Origin: an uncultured Aquimarina sp.
GTDB lineage: Bacteria; Bacteroidota; Bacteroidia; Flavobacteriales; Flavobacteriaceae
Assembly (NCBI GenBank): GCA_947495425.1
Contig: CANLYR010000022.1
Coordinates: 360-64,359 of the forward strand
DNA: 64,000 nt
Direction of reading: 5' to 3'
A program made the position numbers and the translations under genes. Position 1 is the first letter of the stretch. Each line of letters begins with the position of its first letter. The notes beneath the pieces were generated by a model. That model saw nothing but the letters and a program-made list of their open reading frames with translations, did no database searches and was not told where the DNA came from. This document shows, piece after piece, positions 37,082 to 48,307 of the stretch.

Positions 37082-38268
37082 GATTCACTTGGATTTACAT
37101 TATGATATATCTTATTGGCATTACCATAAATTTTAATAAAGCCCTTGGCGTCGTCTGATGTCCATGAGTTATTCATCTCTCCGTATTGTCCAAAATCAGA
37201 TTTCATCATATCAAAATCAGATTCGACTCCTTCTACACTAAAATGATAGGGTTTCAATGTCACTTTCACATCGCCTGTGACCGATTTCTGAGAGTCCTCC
37301 ATAAACACTTCAATATTCCTCATTACGGGATCCAGGTAATTCCCTTCGTGTAATAGCATTCCATACCAATTCGCTAACTGCTCTTTCCAGTATTGTTGCC
37401 ATTTGGTTAACACATGCTTTTCTAACAGATGATGTGCTTTGATAATCACCATTGGCGCTGCAGCTTCAAATCCAACTCTGCCTTTGATTCCAATAATGGT
37501 ATCGCCTACATGAATATCTCTACCTATCGCAAAGGCACTAGCTAATTCTTCTAATTTCTGAATAGTATTGACAGGCGAATCTTTTACTCCGTCCAGACCG
37601 ACTAATTCTCCTTTTTCAAAATGTAATGTGATTGTTTCTTCTTTTTCTTTTTGAAGTTGATTCGGATAAGCTTCTTCTGGTAAAGCACTGTGGGATGTTA
37701 AGGTTTCTTTTCCTCCCACGCTGGTTCCCCAGATTCCCTTATTGATAGAATACTGTGCTTTTTCCCAACTATAATGTACGTTATGTTTTTCGAGATATGC
37801 TACTTCTTCTTGTCTAGAAAGTTTCAAATCTCTTATAGGAGTAATAATCTCGATCTCGGGAGCGAGTGTTTGAAAAATTACATCAAATCTAATCTGATCA
37901 TTACCAGCTCCTGTGCTCCCATGAGCGATATACTTTGCACCTACTTTTTTGGCGTAATTAATAACTTCTATGGCCTGAAAAATTCGTTCTGCACTTACAG
38001 AAAGCGGGTACGTATTATTCTTTAAGACATTTCCGAATATTAAATATTTGATTGCCTTGTTATAAAAATCATCTAATATCGTCTTATTTATATGATCTGC
38101 ACTTCCTAGCTCATAGGCTCTTTTTTCTGTTTCTTTGAGTTCTTGTTTAGTGAAACCTCCTGTATTTACCAAAATGGTATGTACTTCGAGGTTTAATTCG
38201 CGTATAAGGTATTTTACACAGTATGACGTGTCTAAACCTCCACTATATGCCAATACTACTTTTTCCAT
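37078..38268 (-). CDS. argG: argininosuccinate synthase
   Basis: AYSGGLDTS ATP-binding motif and AHGSTGAGNDQIRF. There is a 4-nt overlap with argC. Confidence 0.9.
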   Translation of the reverse strand: MEKVVLAYSGGLDTSYCVKYLIRELNLEVHTILVNTGGFTKQELKETEKRAYELGSADHINKTILDDFYNKAIKYLIFGNVLKNNTYPLSVSAERIFQAIEVINYAKKVGAKYIAHGSTGAGNDQIRFDVIFQTLAPEIEIITPIRDLKLSRQEEVAYLEKHNVHYSWEKAQYSINKGIWGTSVGGKETLTSHSALPEEAYPNQLQKEKEETITLHFEKGELVGLDGVKDSPVNTIQKLEELASAFAIGRDIHVGDTIIGIKGRVGFEAAAPMVIIKAHHLLEKHVLTKWQQYWKEQLANWYGMLLHEGNYLDPVMRNIEVFMEDSQKSVTGDVKVTLKPYHFSVEGVESDFDMMKSDFGQYGEMNNSWTSDDAKGFIKIYGNANKIYHNVNPSES

Positions 38269-38897
38269 AATAATAATTGTTTATTGCTTATAAGCATAGT
38301 TTGCTTAATATTTTTTAATCTTTTTAGTACTCTTTTATTAAACCATTTCCCCTTTTTCTCTACCTTTTTTTTAGGATCATATAACATCCCGGTACAAAGG
38401 CACATTTTATGTTCTTTAGAAGTAAGGATATCAAAATTGGTACAGGTTTGACAACCTGCCCAAAATTTTGGATCATCCGTTAGTTCAGAAAAAGTGACTG
38501 GTTTATACCCTAAATCAGAGTTGATTTTCATCACAGCTAATCCGGTTGTGATGCCAAACACTTTTGAGGTTGGATATTTTTTTAAAGAATGATTAAATGT
38601 AAACTCTTTAATTTTTTTTGCAAGACCCTGGTTTCTAAAATCAGGATGCACAATCAATCCAGAATGTGCAACGTACTGCTCATGCCCCCAAACTTCTATA
38701 TAACAAAAGCCTGCAAATTGGTTGCCAGACAACGCTATGATTGCATTTCCGTTTTCTATTTTTGTCTTTATATATGCTGGAGTTCGTTTGGCAATACCCG
38801 TTCCTCTTACTTTTGCAGAATCGGATATTACGCTACATATCTCATCAGCATAGTTTAGGTGTGTATTATCAGCGATATAAATATTTACCTGTTTCAT
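38256..38897 (-). CDS. GNAT acyltransferase leading the arg operon (ArgA-function candidate)
   Basis: VHPDFRNQGLAKKI acyl-CoA-binding motif. It is the first gene of the operon and overlaps argG by 13 nt. The start MKQVNIY at 38897 is preferred over the hydrophobic extension to 38978. Confidence 0.7.
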   Translation of the reverse strand: MKQVNIYIADNTHLNYADEICSVISDSAKVRGTGIAKRTPAYIKTKIENGNAIIALSGNQFAGFCYIEVWGHEQYVAHSGLIVHPDFRNQGLAKKIKEFTFNHSLKKYPTSKVFGITTGLAVMKINSDLGYKPVTFSELTDDPKFWAGCQTCTNFDILTSKEHKMCLCTGMLYDPKKKVEKKGKWFNKRVLKRLKNIKQTMLISNKQLLLWKK

Positions 38898-38979
38898 TTG
38901 TATACTATCATGACTTAAAAAATCAGATACTAGTTTGACTAATACACGAATTAAGAATATTAATACATACCTGATCATT

Positions 38980-38998
38980 GTTCATTACATAAATGAAC
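38980..38998. promoter_or_regulatory. palindrome GTTCATT-N5-AATGAAC upstream of the arg operon (candidate operator)
   Basis: Perfect 7-bp arms, about 85-100 nt upstream of the preferred start. It only loosely resembles ARG-box half-sites. Confidence 0.25.
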
Positions 38999-39710
38999 TA
39001 CACTCGTAAAAAATTGATACTAAATTTAGGATTTCATTTCAAGTCGTTAAGGGAATAAAACCTATCGATACTACAATGCAGAAAATCATTAGGTCATAAA
39101 CGCTATTTAATAACTAGAATACGAAATATGTGATGAAAGAAAGTAGGACGCACCTACTTAAAAAATTAATTAGACCCCCAAGGGGCGACGAAAACAGCGA
39201 GTAGGCATTATCAATTTACCTAACTTGTTCAAAGATTGAACACTAACTTCTGAATATTTTCTCTTTATTGTTTTCATAATAGTAACTCTAAATCGTCGGC
39301 TTATGCCCCTTTCGTTAACTAGATTTTGTAAAATTACATAAAATTAAGTCGGTAAATAAACCTAAGCCTTATTTTTTTATAAATTTTATGTTATCTATAG
39401 AAAAACATGCTTTTTTTTGAAATTATCAAAAATTGAAGTCAGTGATCAAGATAAAATAGTAAGTAAAAATAAAATTGTTAAACTAAAAGTGCATATGTTA
39501 ACTTAATTTTTGTAGTATTTTTCGTCGTTCTATAACATTTTAGTTGAACTCATATACACAAACTATATTTTAAAGTAATTATACTACCGACCGTAGAATC
39601 TATTGATTTTTTAACCTCTGTTTTAAGGGGGTCAAACTTCGATTTTAAGGCATTAACTTTAACATTCCCTTACCAAAACTGTAATCATACAGGCAGTACT
39701 TTTATAATTA

Positions 39711-40076
39711 TTGTTAATACAATATATCGTCATTATGATCAAAAGCTATATTACATTTATAGTAGGAATATGTATATCTAGTCCTGTTTTTTGTCAGTTT
39801 TATCAACAAGAAGGTACTTCAAAATTGGACTCATATAAAATACATGAATTTAATGAATTAAAAAAAGTTAACGCTCAACATCAATTTGAAACCTTTGAAT
39901 CGTTGGATGAGGAAATTTTAAAAAATAAAGCTATAATTATTAAGGAAGAGATATCTCTTGTTAAGAGTGAGCGCATCACAGAGCTAGGAGTGCGACATGC
40001 ATATGAACGATATATGAAGGTTGAACGTGTCACTTCAATACATCCTGTACATGAAAAACTTTATTTGTATCCATGA
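39711..40076 (+). CDS. hypothetical secreted protein
   Basis: ORF with a signal-like N terminus (MIKSYITFIVGICISSPVFC). No family recognised. Confidence 0.4.
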   Translation: MLIQYIVIMIKSYITFIVGICISSPVFCQFYQQEGTSKLDSYKIHEFNELKKVNAQHQFETFESLDEEILKNKAIIIKEEISLVKSERITELGVRHAYERYMKVERVTSIHPVHEKLYLYP

Positions 40077-40198
40077 AATATAATATCGTGCATACTTTGG
40101 AATCAAAAAACAGTATCTGACAGGTACATCTAAATGTATGTATAAAAAAAGACGACCTAAAAGATCGTCTTTGTACTATATTATATTTTGAGTATATT

Positions 40199-40768
40199 TT
40201 ATTTTCCTCCAAAAGAAAATAATAGACCAAGATTAATAGTAATATCTGCTACAGAAGCATCACCAACCTTGCCCGCACTTAAATAGGCAACATTCATATT
40301 TAACACTCCGTACTTAAATCCTAATGCAGGACGGAATGAGAAATTAGATTCGCTATCTGCTCCAGCTTCATCTAATGAATCATTATCACTTTCAATTTCT
40401 ACAGAACCTACACTCGTCATACCTAGTCCAAGACTACCATAAGGTCTAAATCCTTCTTTTGTAAAATAGTAACGACCATTAAGCATAAAACTTCCTAAGG
40501 CTATAGCACCGTAAGAGGCAGAAGTCTCTTGTCCAGCAATAGTTACATCACCACCGGCTAAAAATTCTCCATGATAAAGGATAGATACATCGATATCTTC
40601 GGTTACTGCATATCCTAATTCGAAATGTGCAGCCACACCTCCATCAGTAAAATCAGCAATATCTCCTGAAGGCATTGCATAACCAACACCAAAACCAAGT
40701 CTAACCTGTGCGTTTGCGCTTGTAAATCCTAACACTGCAACTGCAGCAAAAAGTAATAATTTTTTCAT
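40199..40768 (-). CDS. small outer-membrane beta-barrel protein
   Basis: Signal peptide ending ANAQ, alternating Gly/aromatic beta strands, C-terminal LGLLFSFGGK. Confidence 0.7.
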   Translation of the reverse strand: MKKLLLFAAVAVLGFTSANAQVRLGFGVGYAMPSGDIADFTDGGVAAHFELGYAVTEDIDVSILYHGEFLAGGDVTIAGQETSASYGAIALGSFMLNGRYYFTKEGFRPYGSLGLGMTSVGSVEIESDNDSLDEAGADSESNFSFRPALGFKYGVLNMNVAYLSAGKVGDASVADITINLGLLFSFGGK

Positions 40769-40942
40769 AATAGATTTAAGTTTTATCGTTTAAAGGCAAA
40801 AACATAAGGATAAAAAGCATTAATTAACAAATTTTTAATGATTTTTTTAGCATTGTTACTTTTTGCAATCTTAGTAGTTAGTTTTATATATACAGACATA
40901 AAGAAAATTATCAATAAATCTCGAACCGTGTTCTACTTATTG

Positions 40943-42208
40943 TCATACTAAAAACTGAAATAAATCAGGCTTGTCATTTAGATAATCACCAAAAAAATTA
41001 AGCGCTTTCATTCTAGAGATAAGCGGTTGGAGGTCTTTTTTGTCTTTTAATTCGATACCCACTACTGCAGGGGCATTTTCTCTACTTGATTTTTTAGAAT
41101 ATTCAAAATGAGTAATGTCATCATTTGGCCCTAATACTTCGCCAACAAACTGCTTTAATGCTCCTGCTCTTTGTGGAAAGCGAACAATAAAATAATGTTT
41201 CAAATCGGCATATAATAGTGCTCTTTCCTTAATCTCTGCGGTGCGAGTAATATCATTATTACTGCCACTCACGATACAGACTATATTTTTACCCTTGATC
41301 TTATCTTTGTAAAATTCTAAAGCCGCCAGCGTTAAAGCTCCTGCGGGTTCAACGACTATAGCGTCTCTATTATATAAGTCTAATATTGTTTGACATACCA
41401 ACCCTTCTGGTACAGTAAGCATATCTGATAAATAGGCGTTACAAATTTTGAAATTAAGATCTCCAACTTTTTGTACAGCAGCACCGTCAATAAACTTATC
41501 AATTTTCGAAATCTTAGTGTTTTTGTTATTTTGAATAGAGGTATACATAGATGGAGCACCTTCTGGCTCAACTCCTATAATCTTTGTTTTTGGTGAAAGC
41601 GCTTTTAATGCACCCGATAATCCTGAAGCTAATCCTCCTCCACCCACAGCTACGAAAACATAATCAATAGGTACATCTGCCTGGTTAAATATCTCAAGTC
41701 CTATTGTTCCTTGTCCTTCAATAGTTTTTGGATCTTCAAAAGGATGTACAAATGTCTTTCCCTCTGAAGTACAAGCCTGCATTGCCGCTTTTGAAGAATC
41801 ATCAAAAGTATCTCCTTCAAGAATAATCTTTACATAATCGCCTCCAAACATTTGTGTTTGAGCAACTTTTTGTTTGGGAGTAACCGAAGGCATGTAAATC
41901 GTGCCAATTATCTTTAGATGATGGCAAGCAAAAGCCACACCCTGGGCATGATTCCCTGCACTGGCACAAACTACTCCTCTTTCTAATTCGTCTTTTGTAA
42001 GCGAACTTATTTTGTTAAAAGCTCCTCTAATCTTGTAAGAACGAACACGCTGAAGATCTTCGCGTTTCAATAGAATATTTGCATCATATCTTCTTGAATA
42101 TCGAATACTATTCATCAAAGGAGTAACCATAGCTACCTCACTTATTACAGAAGCCGCATGCTCGATGTCCTGCAATTCTGGAAAATATGTTGTTGTTGCT
42201 ATACTCAT
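40943..42208 (-). CDS. ilvA: threonine ammonia-lyase (biosynthetic threonine dehydratase)
   Basis: PLP-Lys context SYKIRGA, GGGGL glycine loop, and a single C-terminal ACT-like regulatory domain. Confidence 0.9.
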   Translation of the reverse strand: MSIATTTYFPELQDIEHAASVISEVAMVTPLMNSIRYSRRYDANILLKREDLQRVRSYKIRGAFNKISSLTKDELERGVVCASAGNHAQGVAFACHHLKIIGTIYMPSVTPKQKVAQTQMFGGDYVKIILEGDTFDDSSKAAMQACTSEGKTFVHPFEDPKTIEGQGTIGLEIFNQADVPIDYVFVAVGGGGLASGLSGALKALSPKTKIIGVEPEGAPSMYTSIQNNKNTKISKIDKFIDGAAVQKVGDLNFKICNAYLSDMLTVPEGLVCQTILDLYNRDAIVVEPAGALTLAALEFYKDKIKGKNIVCIVSGSNNDITRTAEIKERALLYADLKHYFIVRFPQRAGALKQFVGEVLGPNDDITHFEYSKKSSRENAPAVVGIELKDKKDLQPLISRMKALNFFGDYLNDKPDLFQFLV

Positions 42209-42360
42209 AATCCCATACTTTTATCATCATTTTTTGCCAGCCTGGATCTATCAAAGGTCACACAATACACATCTCAAACCTCGACAGATCCGGCTAACAA
42301 AAAATAAAATCCTAAATAAGTAGCATAAAAAATTGATACTACTTATTCAGGAATACTTTA

Positions 42361-43836
42361 TTATACTATAGGCTTCATTGCCGTCATAGAAGCTCTAAGT
42401 CTTGCTCCTACAATCTCTATAGGGTGGTTTCTTAATTTGTCATTCACTTCAATTAGTGTAGCATTATCGACACTATTATTTTTGCCTTCATCATAAGCCT
42501 TACCAATTACATCAGTATCTATTTTTTTCATAAAATCAGCCAATAGTGGCTTACAAGCATGATCAAATAGATAACAACCGTATTCTGCTGTATCAGAAAT
42601 CACACGATTCATTTCAAATAACTTTTTACGTGCTATTGTATTTGCAATAAGTGGAGTTTCGTGTAATGACTCATAATATGCTGATTCTTCGATTATTCCT
42701 GAATCAGTCATCGCTTCAAACGCCAACTCAACACCAGCTCTTACCATGGCCACCATGAGAACACCATGATCATAAAATTCTTGCTCAGAGATTTCTGTAG
42801 TTCCTGCCGGAGTTTTTTCAAAAGCGGTTTCGCCCGTAGCAGCTCTCCATGATAATAAATTTTTATCATCATTTGCCCAATCTTCCATCATAGTTTTTGA
42901 AAAATGTCCAGAAATGATATCATCCATGTGTTTGTGAAACAACGGTCGCATGACATCTTTCAACTCCTCTGATAATTCAAAGGCTTTTAACTTGGAAGGA
43001 TTAGATAATCGATCCATCATATTGGTGATACCTCCGTATTTTAATCCCTCAGTAATCGTTTCCCATCCATATTGAATTAACCTTGAAGCATATCCTGCAT
43101 CAATCCCTTTTTCGATCATTTTATCAAAACATAAAATAGATCCTGTTTGCAACAAACCACAAAGAATAGTTTGCTCTCCCATGAGATCCGATTTTACTTC
43201 AGCGACAAATGAAGATTCTAAAACTCCCGCTCTATCTCCTCCTGTTGCAACCGCATAAGCCTTTGCCTGATCATGACCATGACCTTGAGGGTCATTTTCG
43301 GGATGTACTGCTATTAGTGTTGGCACCCCAAATCCTCTTTTATATTCTTCTCGAACCTCTGATCCCGGGCATTTTGGAGCTACCATAATTACCGTAAGAT
43401 CCTCGCGTACCTGCATTCCTTCTTCAACAATGTTAAAACCATGAGAATATGATAACGTAGCGCCTTTTTTCATTAGAGGCATTACAGTATTTACTACCTG
43501 AGTATGTTGCTTATCTGGTGTAAGGTTAATAACGACATCTGCATGGGGTACTAGCTCTTTATATGTTCCAACCTTAAAGCCGTTATCAGTTGCATTTTTA
43601 TAGGACTGTCGCTTTTCTTTGATCGCAGCCTCACGTAACGTGTAAGAAATATCTAAGCCCGAATCTCTCATGTTAAGGCCTTGGTTAAGGCCTTGAGCAC
43701 CACATCCTACAATAACAATTCTTTTACCTTTTAGCATCTCAACTCCTGCCGAAAATTCTTCAGCATTCATGAACCTGCATTTTCCCAATTGTGTTAATTG
43801 ATCTCTTAATGATAGCGTATTAAAATAATTTGCCAT
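42361..43836 (-). CDS. ilvC: ketol-acid reductoisomerase (class II, long form)
   Basis: [17 protein letters not shown] Rossmann motif. The 491-aa length shows the duplicated knotted domain. Confidence 0.95.
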   Translation of the reverse strand: MANYFNTLSLRDQLTQLGKCRFMNAEEFSAGVEMLKGKRIVIVGCGAQGLNQGLNMRDSGLDISYTLREAAIKEKRQSYKNATDNGFKVGTYKELVPHADVVINLTPDKQHTQVVNTVMPLMKKGATLSYSHGFNIVEEGMQVREDLTVIMVAPKCPGSEVREEYKRGFGVPTLIAVHPENDPQGHGHDQAKAYAVATGGDRAGVLESSFVAEVKSDLMGEQTILCGLLQTGSILCFDKMIEKGIDAGYASRLIQYGWETITEGLKYGGITNMMDRLSNPSKLKAFELSEELKDVMRPLFHKHMDDIISGHFSKTMMEDWANDDKNLLSWRAATGETAFEKTPAGTTEISEQEFYDHGVLMVAMVRAGVELAFEAMTDSGIIEESAYYESLHETPLIANTIARKKLFEMNRVISDTAEYGCYLFDHACKPLLADFMKKIDTDVIGKAYDEGKNNSVDNATLIEVNDKLRNHPIEIVGARLRASMTAMKPIV

Positions 43837-43913
43837 TTCCTTCTTAATTAGTTGTATGTTCCTTTCGGAAATTTGATTTAAATTTTGATTTTCGTTATTT
43901 TTTTATGGTGTAT

Positions 43914-43928
43914 CCCGCCTGAGGCGGG
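43914..43928. repeat. GC-rich hairpin in the ilvC-ilvN spacer
   Basis: CCCGCC-TGA-GGCGGG. Confidence 0.6.
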
Positions 43929-43946
43929 TCGGGCTATTCGCTGTAT

Positions 43947-43993
43947 CTTTTATTTCTGATCCCTTCGAGAACCTCAGAGATCAGAAATAAAAG
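43947..43993. repeat. long hairpin (15-nt perfect arms) in the ilvC-ilvN spacer
   Basis: CTTTTATTTCTGATC ...17 nt... GATCAGAAATAAAAG. Confidence 0.7.
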
Positions 43994-44010
43994 GATGTCG
44001 CTACTATCCC

Positions 44011-44544
44011 TTACACGGTTTCTTCAGTAAAATTTTCTAATAGTGTTGATATATCCATCTTTTCTTTAGTTATAGCAATTCTACCAGAACGTACAAATTG
44101 CATTAATCCATAAGGTTCTAACTTGTGATATAATGCCTCAACTTCTCTTCTTCTTCCAGTTTTTTCAATTACAAAAAACTCTGGAGTTACGGTAACAATA
44201 TTTGCATTGCTGTTTTTTATTACATTTTGGATTTGACGCTCCTCAAATAATAATTTTGAATCTACTTTAAACAAAGCAGTTTCCTGATAGATAATCTCTT
44301 CTTCTTTGTGATAAAAAGCTTTGATTACTTCTATCTGTTTTTCTATTTGTAAAACGATTTTTTTTACTTGTTCTTCGGTTACTTTTACGGCTATAGTAAA
44401 TCGAAAAACATTTTTGATCTCTGATTGTGAAGCCGTCATACTATCCAAATTAATATGGCGCTTTAGGAAAATAGCTGATATTCTATTGAGCAACCCTATG
44501 TTATTTTCGGTATATACCGATAATGTAAAATTTTCTTTCTTCAT
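44011..44544 (-). CDS. ilvN: acetolactate synthase small (regulatory) subunit
   Basis: ACT-domain start LSVYTENNIGLLNRISAIFLKRHINL. Lies directly downstream of the large subunit. Confidence 0.9.
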   Translation of the reverse strand: MKKENFTLSVYTENNIGLLNRISAIFLKRHINLDSMTASQSEIKNVFRFTIAVKVTEEQVKKIVLQIEKQIEVIKAFYHKEEEIIYQETALFKVDSKLLFEERQIQNVIKNSNANIVTVTPEFFVIEKTGRRREVEALYHKLEPYGLMQFVRSGRIAITKEKMDISTLLENFTEETV

Positions 44545-44546
44545 AA

Positions 44547-46280
44547 CTAACTCAGTCTTATATCTGAAACAGATGCTCCGGTAGGAATCATCGGGAAGAC
44601 ATTATTTTCTTTCTCTACACATACTTCTAAAAAGTAAGGTTCTTTTGAAGCGATCATTTCTGCAATAGCACCTTGTAGATCTTCTCTTTTGGTTACTCGT
44701 TTAGCTTCAATATGATAACCCTTCGCAATGGTAACAAAATCGGGATTGACCATTTCTGTAGAAGCATATCGTTTGTCAAAAAACAATTGTTGCCATTGTC
44801 TTACCATACCTAAGAAATCGTTATTTAGAACCACGATTTTTACGGGTACTCTGGTTTGAAAAATAGTTCCTAATTCTTGGATTGTCATTTGGTAACCGCC
44901 ATCACCAATTATTGCAACCACTTCTCGTTCTGGTGCTCCCATTTTTGCACCAATAGCAGCAGGTAGCGCAAACCCCATTGTACCCAGACCACCAGAGGTA
45001 ACATTACTTTTGGATTTTGTAAATTCTGCATAACGACAAGCGATCATTTGGTGTTGCCCTACATCTGAGACAATGATAGCGTCACCTTTAGTTTCTTCGT
45101 TGATTCCTCTAAGCACTTCTCCCATAGAAAGTGCTTCTTTACTAGGATGTAGTTCTTCTTTTATTACTTTATCATATTCTATGGTATCATAATCTCTGAA
45201 TTCTTGTAACCATAAATCGTGGGTTTTGGGAGCGATTAATGGCAGTAATTGAGACAACGTATTTTTTACATTACCCATTACCGCAACATCGGCCTTTACA
45301 TTTTTATCGATCTCTGCCGGGTCAATTTCAAAATGAACAATCTTGGCTTGTTTTGCATAGGTTTCGAGGTTTCCAGTTACACGATCATCAAATCGCATTC
45401 CTATTGCCAATAGCAAATCACACTCGTTAGTTAACTTATTTGGTCCATAATTACCATGCATACCAACCATACCGACATTCAACGGATGTGCCGTGGGTAC
45501 CGCAGAGAGACCCAAAATTGTCCATGCCGATGGGATTCCTGACTTTTCTATAAAAGATATAAGCTCTTTTTCTGCTTCGCCCAGGATCACTCCTTGTCCA
45601 AAGACAATCATAGGCTTCTTTGCTTCGTTGATCAATTTTGAGGCTTCTTCTAAACTTTTTGGATCGGTTTCTGGAACAGGCTTATAGCTTCGTACGCCTT
45701 TACATATTGCGTATTCAAAATCCAATTCACCAAATTGGGCATCTTTTGTAATATCAACTAAAACAGGTCCTGGACGTCCGGATTTGGCGATATAAAAAGC
45801 CTTTGCTAATACCGCAGGAATATCTTCGGCTTTGGTTACCTGATGGTTCCATTTGGTTATAGGAGTAGAAATCCCGATAATATCAGTCTCTTGAAAAGCA
45901 TCAGAGCCTAACAAATGAGACCCCACTTGCCCTGTGATACAAACCATAGGTGTAGAATCGATTTGCGCATCGGCTATTCCTGTTACAAAATTAGTTGCTC
46001 CCGGTCCAGAAGTGGCAATAGCCACTCCTACCTTACCACTGGCTCTGGCATACCCTTGTGCAGCATGTGTTGCACCTTGCTCATGCCTCGTAAGGATATG
46101 ACTTAATTTATCTTGATATTTATAAAGTTCGTCATAAACTGGCATAATTGCTCCTCCTGGATACCCATATATCAAATCGACCCCTTCGGCCAGTAGACAT
46201 CGGATTACTGCTTCTGCTCCCGTCATTCGTTCTGTTGCCACTTTAGCTTCTTTTTTTATGGTTTGCGTTTGTGTTTCCAT
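44547..46280 (-). CDS. ilvB: acetolactate synthase large subunit
   Basis: ThDP-enzyme motifs GYPGGAIMP, GPGATN and GDGGYQMTIQELGT...NN. Confidence 0.95.
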   Translation of the reverse strand: METQTQTIKKEAKVATERMTGAEAVIRCLLAEGVDLIYGYPGGAIMPVYDELYKYQDKLSHILTRHEQGATHAAQGYARASGKVGVAIATSGPGATNFVTGIADAQIDSTPMVCITGQVGSHLLGSDAFQETDIIGISTPITKWNHQVTKAEDIPAVLAKAFYIAKSGRPGPVLVDITKDAQFGELDFEYAICKGVRSYKPVPETDPKSLEEASKLINEAKKPMIVFGQGVILGEAEKELISFIEKSGIPSAWTILGLSAVPTAHPLNVGMVGMHGNYGPNKLTNECDLLLAIGMRFDDRVTGNLETYAKQAKIVHFEIDPAEIDKNVKADVAVMGNVKNTLSQLLPLIAPKTHDLWLQEFRDYDTIEYDKVIKEELHPSKEALSMGEVLRGINEETKGDAIIVSDVGQHQMIACRYAEFTKSKSNVTSGGLGTMGFALPAAIGAKMGAPEREVVAIIGDGGYQMTIQELGTIFQTRVPVKIVVLNNDFLGMVRQWQQLFFDKRYASTEMVNPDFVTIAKGYHIEAKRVTKREDLQGAIAEMIASKEPYFLEVCVEKENNVFPMIPTGASVSDIRLS

Positions 46281-46297
46281 ACGCGCTTTTATTTTAG

Positions 46298-46317
46298 ATT
46301 CCTGCCTGCGCAGGAAT
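46298..46317. repeat. GC-rich hairpin in the ilvD-ilvB spacer
   Basis: ATTCCTGC-CTGC-GCAGGAAT, an 8-bp stem. Confidence 0.65.
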
Positions 46318-46321
46318 GATA

Positions 46322-47998
46322 TTAGAATTCATCGGTTACACATCCTTGTGATGCAGACGATACCGTATTTGCATATTTATACAATACTCCTTTGTTGAAC
46401 TTTAACTCTGGTTGTACCCAGGAAGCTTTCCTTTTTTCAAGTTCTGCTGCACTTATATCTACCGTAATTGAGTTTGTTTCTGCATCAATAGTAATTGTAT
46501 CTCCATCTTTTACCAAGGCAATCGCTCCACCTTCTTGAGCTTCAGGAGTGATATGGCCGACGACAAAACCGTGCGTCCCTCCAGAAAATCTTCCATCGGT
46601 AATCAAGGCTACATCTTTACCAAGACCTGCACCCATGATTGCAGCCGTAGGTTTTAGCATTTCTGGCATTCCCGGACCTCCTTTTGGCCCTTCATATCGA
46701 ATGACGACTACATCGCCTTTTTCAACTTTTCCATCTCTAATGCCATCATTAGCTGCATATTCACCATCAAAAACCTTCGCTTTTCCTTGAAAACGAAGAC
46801 CCTCTTTCCCTGTAATTTTTGCAACACATCCATCATCTGCCAGATTACCAAACATAATTCTTAAGTGCCCGGTTTGCTTTATTGGATCTTCTAAGGGTTT
46901 AATGACATCCTGCCCTTCAGTAAGATCTGGAACCTCTAATAAATTTTCGGCTAGTGTTTTTCCGGTAACGGTTAAGCAATCCCCATGAAGTAATCCTTTC
47001 TTCAAAAGATATTTTAATACGGCAGGAATACCACCGACTTCATGCACATCTTCCATCAAATATTTCCCACTTGGTTTTAAATCTGCCAAGAATGGGGTTT
47101 CGTCACTTATTCTTTGAAAATCTGCTAATGTAAATGCTACATCTGCCGCTCTGGCAATTGCCAAAAAATGCAACACGGCATTAGTGGAACCACCAAGTAT
47201 GGTAACCAAACGTATTGCGTTTTCTAATGATTTTTTGGTTACGATATCTTTTGGTTTAATATCTTCTTCTAGTAGTAGTCTCATCGCACGACCCGCAGCG
47301 ATACTTTCTTCTTCTTTGTTATTACTTATCGCAGGGTTTGATGAATTATATGGCAATGACATTCCCAATGCTTCTATTGCAGAAGCCATAGTATTTGCCG
47401 TATACATCCCACCGCATGCACCTGCACCCGGACAGGCTTTTTCTATAACACTTTTATATTCTTTTTGATTTATAGTACCTGCGACTTTCTCACCCCAAGC
47501 CTCAAAGGCTGAAACTACATCCAGCTTTTTACCTTGATGATTCCCCGAAGCTATAGTACCCCCGTAAACGAGTATCGATGGTCGATTTAATCTAAGCATT
47601 GCCATCAGTGCACCTGGCATGTTTTTATCACACCCTACAACAGTTACCATACCATCATAAGACATCGCTTGTACTACGGTTTCCATAGAATCAGCAATCA
47701 CATCACGAGACGGAAGTGAAAAGCGCATTCCGGGAGTTCCCATAGAAATCCCGTCACTCACACCTATAGTATTAAAGATTAGTCCAACAACATCTTCTTC
47801 TAGGGTACCTTTCTTTACCAATTTTGCAAGATCATTAAGATGCATGTTGCATGGGTTGCCTTCGTACCCTGTGCTTGCTATACCTACTAATGGTTTTTTA
47901 AAATCTTCATCTGTCAAACCAATAGCATGAAGCATTGCTTGGGCTGCTGGTTGTGTATCGTCTTGAGTGACTTGTTTACTATATTTATTAATGCTCAT
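46322..47998 (-). CDS. ilvD: dihydroxy-acid dehydratase
   Basis: CDKNMPG and [14 protein letters not shown]-type signatures (here [19 protein letters not shown]). Confidence 0.95.
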   Translation of the reverse strand: MSINKYSKQVTQDDTQPAAQAMLHAIGLTDEDFKKPLVGIASTGYEGNPCNMHLNDLAKLVKKGTLEEDVVGLIFNTIGVSDGISMGTPGMRFSLPSRDVIADSMETVVQAMSYDGMVTVVGCDKNMPGALMAMLRLNRPSILVYGGTIASGNHQGKKLDVVSAFEAWGEKVAGTINQKEYKSVIEKACPGAGACGGMYTANTMASAIEALGMSLPYNSSNPAISNNKEEESIAAGRAMRLLLEEDIKPKDIVTKKSLENAIRLVTILGGSTNAVLHFLAIARAADVAFTLADFQRISDETPFLADLKPSGKYLMEDVHEVGGIPAVLKYLLKKGLLHGDCLTVTGKTLAENLLEVPDLTEGQDVIKPLEDPIKQTGHLRIMFGNLADDGCVAKITGKEGLRFQGKAKVFDGEYAANDGIRDGKVEKGDVVVIRYEGPKGGPGMPEMLKPTAAIMGAGLGKDVALITDGRFSGGTHGFVVGHITPEAQEGGAIALVKDGDTITIDAETNSITVDISAAELEKRKASWVQPELKFNKGVLYKYANTVSSASQGCVTDEF

Positions 47999-48245
47999 TC
48001 TTATCTTTTTGTGATTTTTTATTAATTATTCAATATTTTAACTATTTATTTAAGATATAACCATCCTAATAAATAAACCACAGTATAAAATTATTTTGTT
48101 GTGGCTAAACCATTATATATTATTCAATACCCTTACAACATCCAATACACCCTTTATCTTTATTAATTATTGATTTACAGTTAATTACACCTTTTGAATT
48201 TACAATCACTATTTATTATTTTTTATCAAACATTCGTTTTTAATC

Positions 48246-48277
48246 AAAAAAAACTCCCTTCGGATGTTGAAGGGAGC
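48246..48277 (-). terminator. attenuator terminator of the ilv leader
   Basis: Minus strand CTCCCTTC-AACATCC-GAAGGGAG (8-bp stem) followed by eight T. Lies 30 nt after the leader-peptide stop and about 250 nt upstream of ilvD. Confidence 0.8.
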
Positions 48278-48307
48278 TATATATTTATGGTCATATCAGC
48301 ATCCCTA

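Noticed and set aside
38898-38978. N-terminal 27-aa extension of the arg-operon GNAT (MIRYVLIFLIRVLVKLVSDFLSHDSIQ)
   Set aside because: The extension is hydrophobic and atypical for a cytoplasmic GNAT. The internal ATG at 38897 gives a normal GNAT N terminus. It is kept only as an alternative start.
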